DNA of 64,000 bases from an uncultured Bacteroidales bacterium (GTDB taxonomy: Bacteria; Bacteroidota; Bacteroidia; Bacteroidales; Paludibacteraceae), in the NCBI GenBank assembly GCA_902783545.1, contig CACZRD010000054.1, positions 2,171 to 66,170 of the forward strand. Reading direction: 5' to 3'. The translations under genes and the position numbers were made by a program. Positions within the stretch are counted from its first letter, which is position 1. Each line of letters opens with the position of its first letter. Below the pieces are notes generated by a model, which was not told the origin of the DNA, did not search any database, and worked only from the letters and a program-made list of their open reading frames with translations. Shown here in pieces: positions 55,844 through 64,000 of this stretch.

Positions 55844-58258
55844 ATGAACCGAATCCTTTCATTTATCATAGCAATCAGCATTCAGTTATCAACAATCTGC
55901 TTCGGGCTATCTGCCGGAGAGTATTCTCTGCGCTTCTATGACGACTCCGACGGCTTGAGTCACTGGCACACCACACGCACGCTACAGGACAGCACGGGTG
56001 TGATCTGGATAGCTACGTACAACGGCCTGAACCGCTTCGACGGCTACCGCTTCGTTGCGTTCAAAGCTGCAGACAGCGACGGCCTGTCAATGTCCTCCGA
56101 CCGCATCCGGAAAATGGAACTGACCGCTGACAACAATATCATTTGCCTGATTGACGACGATAATGTCGCATTGTTCAACACCAAGACATGCCGCTTTGAG
56201 GCGTTGGATGAAGAGGCTGGCAATGCAGCGCTGGAGAGGTTGCGGGTGCATCACAACCTGAACCTGTGGAAGGAGAAAGAGGTATATACCGACTTAGGTA
56301 ACCTGCATCTGAAGAACATCCGTCGCGATGACATCGACCGCCAAGGCAACCACTGGCTCATCGATGACCACGGGATATTTGTGGCGACGCCTGTACACCC
56401 CCGCGGAACGCGCATTAACAACGAAGAGGTGCGCGCGATGCTCCGGCTGCATGACGGTGCCATCATTACCTCCGGCCGCAGCAGCAAGCAGGTGATAGTC
56501 TATGACTCCGCCTTTCACCTTATCGGCTACATGCATCCGGACGGACATCTGAGCAAGTCGCCTGCGTCTTTCGGCGACCAGCCCTACTGCTTCTATGAGA
56601 GCCGCGACTGCAAGCACGCGTGGATAGGTTGCAAACCCGGCTGTCTGCTGCGCAGTGACAACGATCCGCGTCACCATGGTATCAAGCGCTACGAGTACGT
56701 GCGCAACGTCTATGAGATAGCCGAGGACTCCGACGGCACAATCTGGGCTGCCACCTACGGATTTGGCCTGTGGAAGCAACAAGGCGAGACCTTCGTGCAG
56801 ATCCCCGGCACGGAAACGATGTCCATCCGGCGTCTGCTCATCATGGACGACAACACTATTCTTGCCGCAACGAGCAAGGGACTGCTCGTTGTCGATAAGC
56901 GAGGACTGCGTCTGCACCAACGCGAAGGCGGTCGGGCAACATCGCTGAGCAACGATATCGTGATGTGTATGTGCCTGAAGAACGGACAACTGTACGTCGG
57001 TACCGAAGGCGGAGGCATCAACCTGTTGACGAGTGACGACATCCATGCTGACGTGCTGGAGTTCGCGCATATAACCCAAGCCGACGGACTACACTCCGAT
57101 ATTGTGTTTGATATTATGCCGTGGTCGGAGAACGAACTACTGGTGCAAGGCAACAGTGCGCTGTCCATTCTGGAAATTAAAAATGAAAAATTAAAAATTA
57201 CCAATTTCGGCAAGTCGTTCTTCCAGACACCCGACAGACGGCCGTTCATCTTAGGCGAGACGTGGCCTATAGACCTCGGTGACGGACGGATATTGCTGGC
57301 GCCGCTGGACGGACTGCTGCTGCTCAACAAATCGGAGCTGACGCCCGAGACGGAGCCGGTACGTATAGCCCTGAGTGCCATCTACCTGGAGGGCAAACCG
57401 AACTACGCCGTCGATGAACTCACCCGCATCACCCTGGCTCCCAACGAACGCAGTATGGGTATAACGTTTGCGGCATTAGACTACCGCGACAACACCGATA
57501 TCCAGTACCGCACGCGATTCTACACCAAGGACGAGAACGACGTACAGTGGAGTGCACCTACCAAACTGAGTCAGATGCTTATTCAGGATCTCAACCCGGG
57601 AGAATATATCTTTGAGGTGCAATCAACCAACGCCTTAGGGCAATGGCAGGACAACACCCGCCGTCTGCTGATCACCGTCACTCCTACGTTCTGGGAGAGC
57701 TCCGCGGGCTGGGTGCTGCAGCTGGGACTGCTGCTGCTGATCACTGTAGCTATCACCGTGCAGACCGTCCGCGTGCGCATGCACCGCAAGCAGCGGGCAG
57801 AGACGCTTGAGGCTTACCTCGATCTGCAGGAGCGCTACCTGCTTATCAGCGACCGATCGGATACGCCTCAGCAGCCAGCGCAAGAGCCGCTACCCGTTCC
57901 CGAGATTCTGGTGCCCGGCTACTCCAGCACGAACGAGCGGTTCCTGAACACCCTGCATCAGTTTATGGAGCAGCATATAAGCGACAACAACCTCTCCATC
58001 GACGATATAGCCGACGTGACGAACATGAGCCGCTCGTCGCTGAACAGGAAAATGCACGAACTGTTTAACCTCTCAGCCAAGGATTTCGTTCAAGCGGCGC
58101 GTATCAAACACGCATGTAACCTACTCCGCACCACGGATATGGCAACCAAAGAGGTCGCCTATGCCTGCGGCTTTAGCGACCCGCGTTACTTCTCCAAGTG
58201 CTTCAAAGCAAGTATCGGTAAGACTCCTACCGAGTACCGAGAGCAGGGATCCGTTTAG
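55844..58258 (+). CDS. Membrane-spanning sensor/regulator with periplasmic two-component-regulator-propeller and Y_Y_Y-type domains, one TM helix and an AraC-type HTH. It has no histidine kinase or receiver domain.
   Basis: 804 aa. Propeller-like repeats (IWIATYNGLNRFDGY, IWAATYGFGLW, LYVGTEGGGINL), a Y_Y_Y-like segment (IQYRTRFY...GEYIFEVQSTN), a TM helix (WVLQLGLLLLITVAITVQTV) and a C-terminal AraC HTH (ACGFSDPRYFSKCFKASIGKTPTEYR). Confidence 0.8.
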   Translation: MNRILSFIIAISIQLSTICFGLSAGEYSLRFYDDSDGLSHWHTTRTLQDSTGVIWIATYNGLNRFDGYRFVAFKAADSDGLSMSSDRIRKMELTADNNIICLIDDDNVALFNTKTCRFEALDEEAGNAALERLRVHHNLNLWKEKEVYTDLGNLHLKNIRRDDIDRQGNHWLIDDHGIFVATPVHPRGTRINNEEVRAMLRLHDGAIITSGRSSKQVIVYDSAFHLIGYMHPDGHLSKSPASFGDQPYCFYESRDCKHAWIGCKPGCLLRSDNDPRHHGIKRYEYVRNVYEIAEDSDGTIWAATYGFGLWKQQGETFVQIPGTETMSIRRLLIMDDNTILAATSKGLLVVDKRGLRLHQREGGRATSLSNDIVMCMCLKNGQLYVGTEGGGINLLTSDDIHADVLEFAHITQADGLHSDIVFDIMPWSENELLVQGNSALSILEIKNEKLKITNFGKSFFQTPDRRPFILGETWPIDLGDGRILLAPLDGLLLLNKSELTPETEPVRIALSAIYLEGKPNYAVDELTRITLAPNERSMGITFAALDYRDNTDIQYRTRFYTKDENDVQWSAPTKLSQMLIQDLNPGEYIFEVQSTNALGQWQDNTRRLLITVTPTFWESSAGWVLQLGLLLLITVAITVQTVRVRMHRKQRAETLEAYLDLQERYLLISDRSDTPQQPAQEPLPVPEILVPGYSSTNERFLNTLHQFMEQHISDNNLSIDDIADVTNMSRSSLNRKMHELFNLSAKDFVQAARIKHACNLLRTTDMATKEVAYACGFSDPRYFSKCFKASIGKTPTEYREQGSV

Positions 58259-60015
58259 AACTGGAAGTAGATGAACGGCTGCATGTCGGCGGTGATGAAC
58301 TGGTAGGCGAGCAGCACGGCTGCGGCGGCGGCGAGGATGATCAGCGGCAGAGGCATAGCAGCGAACCACAGGCGATAACGACGCTTGAAGCGATCGGGCA
58401 GCCAGTGGATGATCATGCCGGCAACGAACAAGAGCACGACGTACTTGTACTCCTGAATGAACGGCAGGATGATCGAGTTATCCCACGCGCAGCCTATCTG
58501 ATGCACCATCTGCTTGGCAGTCTGCCAGGCTTCGCGGTTGGCGGTAGCCGGATCGAGGTTACTTGCCGAACGGAAGAACAGACGGGTGAAGGAGATGAAC
58601 ACGAAGGTCTGGATGATTGCCCACGCATTGTCTATCCAACGTACGAAACGGTTGGTATCCGTACGGAAGCCCCACAGCCAGCCGACGTACCAGATAGACG
58701 TACCGACCCAGAGGATGAGTACCCACACCTCTACCATATTTACGAGCGCGTACGCGTCGTGCGTGAGTTGGCGCGCGGCAACCATGGCGACTGCCAACAG
58801 AAGCATGAGGATATAACGGATATGTTCGTTCAAGGCACGCCAACACTTGTTAATAATCATTCCCACCCCATTGAGTGCACCCCAGATGACAAAGTTCCAG
58901 CTTGCGCCGTGCCACAAGCCGCCGATGAGCATCGTGAGGAACGAGTTGCAGTTCGACGCAAGAAGTTTGCTTGCGGGACGCCCGAGCAGCGTGCGGTTGC
59001 CGCCGAGAGGGATATAGACATACCCTTTCAGCCATCGCGAGAGCGACTGATGCCAGCGACGCCAGAACTCCTGCGGGTTGCGGGACTTATACGGCGAGTC
59101 GAAGTTCTGCGGCAGGTAGAATCCCATAAGCAGCGCCACGCCGATAGCGATATCCGTGTAGCCGGAGAAGTCCGCATAGACCTGCATCGAGTACGTGAGC
59201 AGGGCGAAGAAGTTCTCGAAGCCGGAGAAGAGCATCGGGCTCTGGAACACACGGTCGATGAAGTTGACTGCAAGGTAGTCGGAGAGGATGATCTTCTTCA
59301 ATAGGCCATTCAGAATCCAGAACACCGCTATGCCGAACTGCCGGCGGGTGAGGAAGAACGGACGATAGAGCTGCGGCACGAACTCCGAGGCGCGGACGAT
59401 AGGGCCGGCTACGAGCTGCGGGAAGAACGAGACGTAGAAACCGAAGTCCAAGATGTTCTTCACCGGCTCAATCTTCCCACGGTAGATGTCCACCGCGTAG
59501 GAGATAACCTGGAAGATATAGAACGATATACCCACCGGCAGGATGATCCGATCGACGAGGAATCGCCCATCGTGACTGAAACCGTTGCCTATATACGCGA
59601 AGATATCGAAGACCTGCACCGACGTGCCGAACAGGTCATTGAAGATGTTCGTGAAGAAATACGCGTACTTGAAGTAGAACAGCAGCGAGAGGTCGATGCA
59701 TACACTGAGAATCAGCCAAAGCTTGCTGATCGCTGATTGCTGACTGCTGATTGCTTTATAGATCCGCTTGCCGATGAGCCAGTCGCTGAGCGTGATGAAG
59801 GCGAGGATGAGCAGGAAGATACCAGAGGTCTTGTAATAGAAGAACCACGACGCAGCCATGAGGTAGATATTGCGGGCGTGGAGTCGACCGCGGTTGACTC
59901 CGGCGCGCTGCATGATGAGGGTGAAGCCGGCATAGACGATAGCGAAGAACGCCCAGAAGTAGAACTGGGTGAACAGCAACGGGTGCGCGGGATCATATGT
60001 CAGCCACTCTAACAT
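58255..60015 (-). CDS. MBOAT-family O-acyltransferase (AlgI/DltB/PatA-like)
   Basis: 586 aa, multi-TM, with motifs WRRWHQSLSRWLKGYVYIPLGGNR and GGLWHGASWNFVIWG. Its stop codon overlaps the convergent regulator's stop (58255-58258). Confidence 0.85.
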   Translation of the reverse strand: MLEWLTYDPAHPLLFTQFYFWAFFAIVYAGFTLIMQRAGVNRGRLHARNIYLMAASWFFYYKTSGIFLLILAFITLSDWLIGKRIYKAISSQQSAISKLWLILSVCIDLSLLFYFKYAYFFTNIFNDLFGTSVQVFDIFAYIGNGFSHDGRFLVDRIILPVGISFYIFQVISYAVDIYRGKIEPVKNILDFGFYVSFFPQLVAGPIVRASEFVPQLYRPFFLTRRQFGIAVFWILNGLLKKIILSDYLAVNFIDRVFQSPMLFSGFENFFALLTYSMQVYADFSGYTDIAIGVALLMGFYLPQNFDSPYKSRNPQEFWRRWHQSLSRWLKGYVYIPLGGNRTLLGRPASKLLASNCNSFLTMLIGGLWHGASWNFVIWGALNGVGMIINKCWRALNEHIRYILMLLLAVAMVAARQLTHDAYALVNMVEVWVLILWVGTSIWYVGWLWGFRTDTNRFVRWIDNAWAIIQTFVFISFTRLFFRSASNLDPATANREAWQTAKQMVHQIGCAWDNSIILPFIQEYKYVVLLFVAGMIIHWLPDRFKRRYRLWFAAMPLPLIILAAAAAVLLAYQFITADMQPFIYFQF

Positions 60016-60037
60016 TTACGATTTATTCATTTACCAT

Positions 60038-61420
60038 TTATTCATTTATTGAGTCATTTGGTGATTGGACTATTGTATCAGCAAGGGCTTCGGTGAAGAA
60101 GTCGTAATCTTCGAGCAGTTGCGCGGCGAGCATCTCGCCGACTTTCTTGGCTCCGGCACGGGTGAAGTGAATCATATCATCCCCGGCGAGCCCCATATCT
60201 CGCCAACTGATCATGCTCCCTGCGCCGCCCATGAGGCGGAAGAGCGAGTAGTACGCTCCACCCTCTTCGGCAACCATCGTTGTCAACGCACTGTCCAACT
60301 GCGGCAGCAAGGGATACGTCTGCTGTTCGCCATCAACGGTAGTGATCATATCTGACGGTCCGATGAACAGCAACGAAGCGTTCGGGGCTGCAGACATCAG
60401 GAAGTGAATCTGTTGGCGCATAGCCAGCACGTACTTATCCAAGCCTGCCTTCGTGCGGATAGACGGCATCGCATTGCCGCCGAACTGCATGATGATCAGG
60501 GCAGTGTTCGTCTCGCGGAAGTAGTCAGCGAACATCTGTTTGTTCATCGTGGTGAAGTTCGTTCCCGCCGCACCGCGCATGGGGATATTATCCACCTGCA
60601 CGCCTGTGGCTGTCTCCAGCGAGATACCGTAGACGTAGCCTTCGCCTTCGAAGTGGATGATTGCGCTGCGATGCGTTGCACTGTCAGTAACGAAAGTGAA
60701 TCGGACACTATCCGTGCAGAGGACGCGGATGCGGTCGTAGTCGTAGGTAGGTACGCGGTCGCGGAGCAGCTCAATGTTGACATCAATCGGCTCGGTGATA
60801 TATGCTACCTGTGCCATTGGTCCGTAGCGGTTGTCGTCCTTCAGACGCATGGACGACGGTCCGTACGCCACGTAACGCTTGATGGCAGAGTTGGGCACCT
60901 CGTGGCCGTTCTGCTCCAGGGTCTGTTTGGCAGTATAGGTGGGGATAGTCTGTACCATCGGCACGAGACCTATACCTCCCCCGCCAAAGCGGTCTTGCAG
61001 ACGGCGGCGGATGATCATCGATATGCGGTCTTCCTCGATCTGCGAGTCGCCGTAATGCACGATGCGGACGGACTGCTCGTCTGCCTTGCCAAGTGCCGCG
61101 TAGAACTGCGGGAGGAACAAAGTCGTCTGCGGCAATGTTTCCGGCAGCTTAACGACCTTCGGTTGGTCAGGAGTGCTATCCATGGCAGGCTGCCCGACAG
61201 GTTCAGCCGACAGGGTGTCGGCAACCGCAAGGACGGTGTCAACCAACGGCTCATCGTCTGCCAACAAACTATCCGGAGTTGTGCGGGCGGGGAGATCAGG
61301 TAAGAACGATTCGATAGAAGGAACACGCACCAGCTCGCTTCTGCCTGCGCCTACGACACACACCGCCGCAAGAACGGCAAAGGTGGAGAGGATGCAGAGA
61401 AGGATCTGGTGGGGTTTCAT
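60038..61420 (-). CDS. SGNH/GDSL-type hydrolase/acyltransferase partner of the MBOAT protein
   Basis: 460 aa with an N-terminal TM/signal anchor, the Ser block HYGDSQIEED and the Asp-x-x-His block GDDMIHFT. Confidence 0.7.
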   Translation of the reverse strand: MKPHQILLCILSTFAVLAAVCVVGAGRSELVRVPSIESFLPDLPARTTPDSLLADDEPLVDTVLAVADTLSAEPVGQPAMDSTPDQPKVVKLPETLPQTTLFLPQFYAALGKADEQSVRIVHYGDSQIEEDRISMIIRRRLQDRFGGGGIGLVPMVQTIPTYTAKQTLEQNGHEVPNSAIKRYVAYGPSSMRLKDDNRYGPMAQVAYITEPIDVNIELLRDRVPTYDYDRIRVLCTDSVRFTFVTDSATHRSAIIHFEGEGYVYGISLETATGVQVDNIPMRGAAGTNFTTMNKQMFADYFRETNTALIIMQFGGNAMPSIRTKAGLDKYVLAMRQQIHFLMSAAPNASLLFIGPSDMITTVDGEQQTYPLLPQLDSALTTMVAEEGGAYYSLFRLMGGAGSMISWRDMGLAGDDMIHFTRAGAKKVGEMLAAQLLEDYDFFTEALADTIVQSPNDSINE

Positions 61421-61459
61421 TAACGGATTAGTGGATTAGCGGGTTAATGGATTAGCGGT
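61421..61459. repeat. 8-bp-period array (TTAACGGA/TTAGTGGA/TTAGCGGG/TTAATGGA/TTAGCGG) filling the spacer between trkH and the SGNH gene
   Basis: Read directly. Confidence 0.85.
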
Positions 61460-62977
61460 CTATTTTCTCCACAGGGCGGGTGAGAAGAGCAGTATAACGG
61501 TGAAGATCTCCAGACGGCCGATGAGCATCACGAGGGTCATCACCCACTTGGCAACAACGGGGAAGTTCGCGTAGTTACCTGCGGGACCGTATTGTCCGAG
61601 GCTCTCGCCTACATTACCCATTCCGCTGACAGCCGTTGCAAACGCCTCGCTGGGCGATATGCCGCAAGCGATGAACACGAACGTAGCGAGGATGATGATC
61701 ACGACATAGAAGAACAGGAACGCCATGACATTGTTCGTCACGGTCTGCGTCAGCGGTCGTCCGTTGAAGCGGATAGGAATAACCGCATTCGGGTGAATAC
61801 GACGGTACATCTCGGCGTAGGCGTTCTTGGCGAAGATCGCTATACGTACCCACTTGATACCACCGGCAGTACTGCCTGAGGCACCGCCTGTGAACATCGT
61901 GAGGAACACAAACACCCAGATGATCTTCGGCCAGAGCATATAGTCCGCCGAAGCAAAACCTGTACTGGTGATCGTGGCGCAGATGGTAAAGAAGGCATTG
62001 CGGAACGCCCACTCGACATGCGTGGCATAGCCGCGGATAACATTATTGCCCACCAGCCTGGGCAACCATTCAGCCTGATTGATCCATGTGTAATAGACAA
62101 GCAATGCGATGGTCAGTATAGCCGTGCAGATAAGCACAGCGCCTACGTACCAACGCGTCTCTTCATCGTGATATAGTTTCTCGGGTTTGCCACGCATAAA
62201 GAAGATCAGTTGCGTGAAGTTGATGCCCGACAGCAACATAAACACGGCAACCGTATATTGGATAGCCGGACTGCAGAGCATAAGTGAGGTGTTCTTGGTG
62301 GAGAATCCGCCGGTGGAGATCGTAGCCATGGAGTGACAGACAGAGTCGAACATATCCATGCCGAAGAAGTTCAGCAGTAACGTTTCAAGAACGGTGAGCA
62401 ACACATATGTACCCCACAGCAGTCGTGCCGTGCTGTTGATGCGCGGTGATAGTTTCTCATAGCTCACACCCGTCACCTCTGCTGCATAAAGCTGCATTCC
62501 ACCCAAGCCGAACAGTGGGAGAACCGCCACACTGAGCACGATGATACCCATACCTCCGAGCCATTGCATGAGCGCACGCCAGAGTAAGATAGCGTGGGAC
62601 ATGACTTCGACATTCTCAATAACCGTAGCGCCCATGGTCGAGAAGCCTGCCATGGTCTCAAACCACGAGTCGGTAACCGTATTCAGCGCGCCGGACAGAT
62701 AGAACGGCAACAAGCCAAACACCGAGAACACGATCCAGACGAGTGCCACAATCAGGTAGCCCTCGCGCTCACCGACACGCCTCGGTGCGTCGCGGCCAAT
62801 GCGCATAGCTATCCAGCCGGCAATGAGCGTGATGAACGTGCTCACCGCAAACGCACCACCATCCGGATCGCCGTACAGATACGCCACGACGGTTGGTGCT
62901 GCCATGAACAGCGCCTCGATGAGCAGCAGCGAGCCGTACGTGCGGAATACTATTTTCCAGTTGAATGTTCTTGTCAT
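61460..62977 (-). CDS. trkH: TrkH-family potassium uptake protein
   Basis: 505 aa, multi-TM, with TrkH-like repeated M1-P-M2 segments (GFSTMGAT, STGGFSTKN, TSTGFASAD). It is adjacent to trkA. Confidence 0.88.
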   Translation of the reverse strand: MTRTFNWKIVFRTYGSLLLIEALFMAAPTVVAYLYGDPDGGAFAVSTFITLIAGWIAMRIGRDAPRRVGEREGYLIVALVWIVFSVFGLLPFYLSGALNTVTDSWFETMAGFSTMGATVIENVEVMSHAILLWRALMQWLGGMGIIVLSVAVLPLFGLGGMQLYAAEVTGVSYEKLSPRINSTARLLWGTYVLLTVLETLLLNFFGMDMFDSVCHSMATISTGGFSTKNTSLMLCSPAIQYTVAVFMLLSGINFTQLIFFMRGKPEKLYHDEETRWYVGAVLICTAILTIALLVYYTWINQAEWLPRLVGNNVIRGYATHVEWAFRNAFFTICATITSTGFASADYMLWPKIIWVFVFLTMFTGGASGSTAGGIKWVRIAIFAKNAYAEMYRRIHPNAVIPIRFNGRPLTQTVTNNVMAFLFFYVVIIILATFVFIACGISPSEAFATAVSGMGNVGESLGQYGPAGNYANFPVVAKWVMTLVMLIGRLEIFTVILLFSPALWRK

Positions 62978-63013
62978 TGTTAGCTGTCAGTTATCAGCGG
63001 TCAGCAGTCAGTT

Positions 63014-64000
63014 TTATTTAAAGAACTTCTCAATGCGTTGAAGGTTATTGCTCTTGCAGAACACTACGACCTGGTCGCCCGGTAGGAGTTGGGTGTCGCC
63101 ATTGACCAGGATACCTTCACCGGCACGTACGAGCGCGCCGATATTACACTCCTGGGGCAGACGCATATTCTTGATCACATCACGCGTGATGCGGCTGTCC
63201 TCGGTGACCACAAACTCCACGATCTCCGCATCAGCGGCTGTGAGGTGCTGTACGTTCTGCACCGAGGCTTTCATCAGCAGACGGTAGATGTAACTGGCGG
63301 CAATGGTTTTCTTGTTAAGCATCGCGCCAACCTCCAGCTGCTCTGCCAGGTTGATATAATCCATGTTCTCGATCTCGGCTATCGTCTTACGCACACCAAA
63401 CCGCCGTGCAGCCAGGCAGGCGAAGATGTTCGCCTCGCTATGGTCGGTAACAGCTACAAACGCATCGGCGTCCTCTATACCCTCCTCTTTCAATACGCTC
63501 ATGTCGCTACCGTCAGCGTGGATGATCATCGCGTCGCCGAGTTTCTCCGAGAGACGTTCACACAGTTCGCGGTCAGCCTCCAGCACCTTGACGGTCTTTC
63601 CTTCGGGCAAGGACATCACGGCTTTCTGTGCAATCTTGCTGCCGCCGAAGAAGATGATATTGTTGATCTCGCGCTCGCTCTTGCCGGCTTCCTTGCGGAG
63701 CACGGACATATTCTCTCGCGTGCAGACAGCGTATATCATGTCGCCGACTTCGACTGCATCCGCGCCACCCGGGATAATCGTATCTTGCCCGCGTTTGATG
63801 GCTACGATGCGGTAGTCGCTGTGCGCAAAGTATCCTGACATAAACTGCTTACCGACCATCGGTGCACCCTCGCGGATCTTCACGACGCACAGGTCGAGTT
63901 GTCCGTTGCAGAGCGTCAGGTGATAGCGCATCCAGTTCTTCTTGAGCGACTCGCAGATCTCCTGTGCCGCAAGCACCTCGGGGTAGATGAGGTGGTTGAG
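63014..64000 (-). CDS. trkA: Trk system potassium uptake protein TrkA (C-terminal 328 codons; the 5' end lies beyond the window)
   Basis: The frame stays open to position 64000 (LNHLIYPEVLAAQEI...). It has a second Rossmann/RCK domain (IIFFGGSKIAQKAV). The ORF-track start at 63976 is an internal GTG. Confidence 0.85.
   Translation of the reverse strand, partial: LNHLIYPEVLAAQEICESLKKNWMRYHLTLCNGQLDLCVVKIREGAPMVGKQFMSGYFAHSDYRIVAIKRGQDTIIPGGADAVEVGDMIYAVCTRENMSVLRKEAGKSEREINNIIFFGGSKIAQKAVMSLPEGKTVKVLEADRELCERLSEKLGDAMIIHADGSDMSVLKEEGIEDADAFVAVTDHSEANIFACLAARRFGVRKTIAEIENMDYINLAEQLEVGAMLNKKTIAASYIYRLLMKASVQNVQHLTAADAEIVEFVVTEDSRITRDVIKNMRLPQECNIGALVRAGEGILVNGDTQLLPGDQVVVFCKSNNLQRIEKFFK

Overview
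This window looks like a Bacteroidota chromosome segment, probably Bacteroidales or Prevotellaceae-like. The evidence is SusC/SusD genes, TAnnTTTG -7 promoter boxes and lipoprotein-rich secreted proteins. All calls rest on reading the ORF translations and the DNA by eye; no searches were run.

Layout:
- 1-12.5 kb: housekeeping genes. These are rimP-nusA-infB-ribF on the minus strand, then rimO, an HU gene, an HU-TM-LysM-like protein and uvrA on the plus strand.
- 12.5-55.7 kb: one very large pectin/galacturonan utilisation locus, entirely on the minus strand.
  - The promoter-distal part runs without any gap over 47 bp. It holds exuT, kduI, kduD, two DUF4861-like genes, two GH28, PL1, SusD/SusC, GH105, uxaA, uxaB, eda, kdgK and uxaC.
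  - The promoter-proximal part is an accessory block: PL10, GH28, two CE8 pectin methylesterases, a CE12 acetylesterase, a PL1 lyase, three non-catalytic secreted proteins of 235, 439 and 1836 aa, and a 122-aa protein with a sorting-signal-like C-terminus.
- 55.8-58.3 kb: a divergently transcribed propeller/Y_Y_Y-TM-AraC regulator that lacks kinase and receiver modules.
- 58.3-64 kb: an MBOAT plus SGNH acyltransferase pair, then trkH and a partial trkA.

Most interesting observations:
- Six proteins of the accessory block share a ~25-residue extreme C-terminal tail, a candidate sorting or assembly tag.
- A perfect 65-bp promoter duplication carries an 18-bp candidate operator. The operator recurs at identical spacing in a third promoter next to the regulator.
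- Degenerate 7-8-bp-period tandem arrays form most short intergenic spacers. They also occur in frame inside conserved genes.

No rRNA, tRNA, CRISPR array or intact mobile element was recognised.
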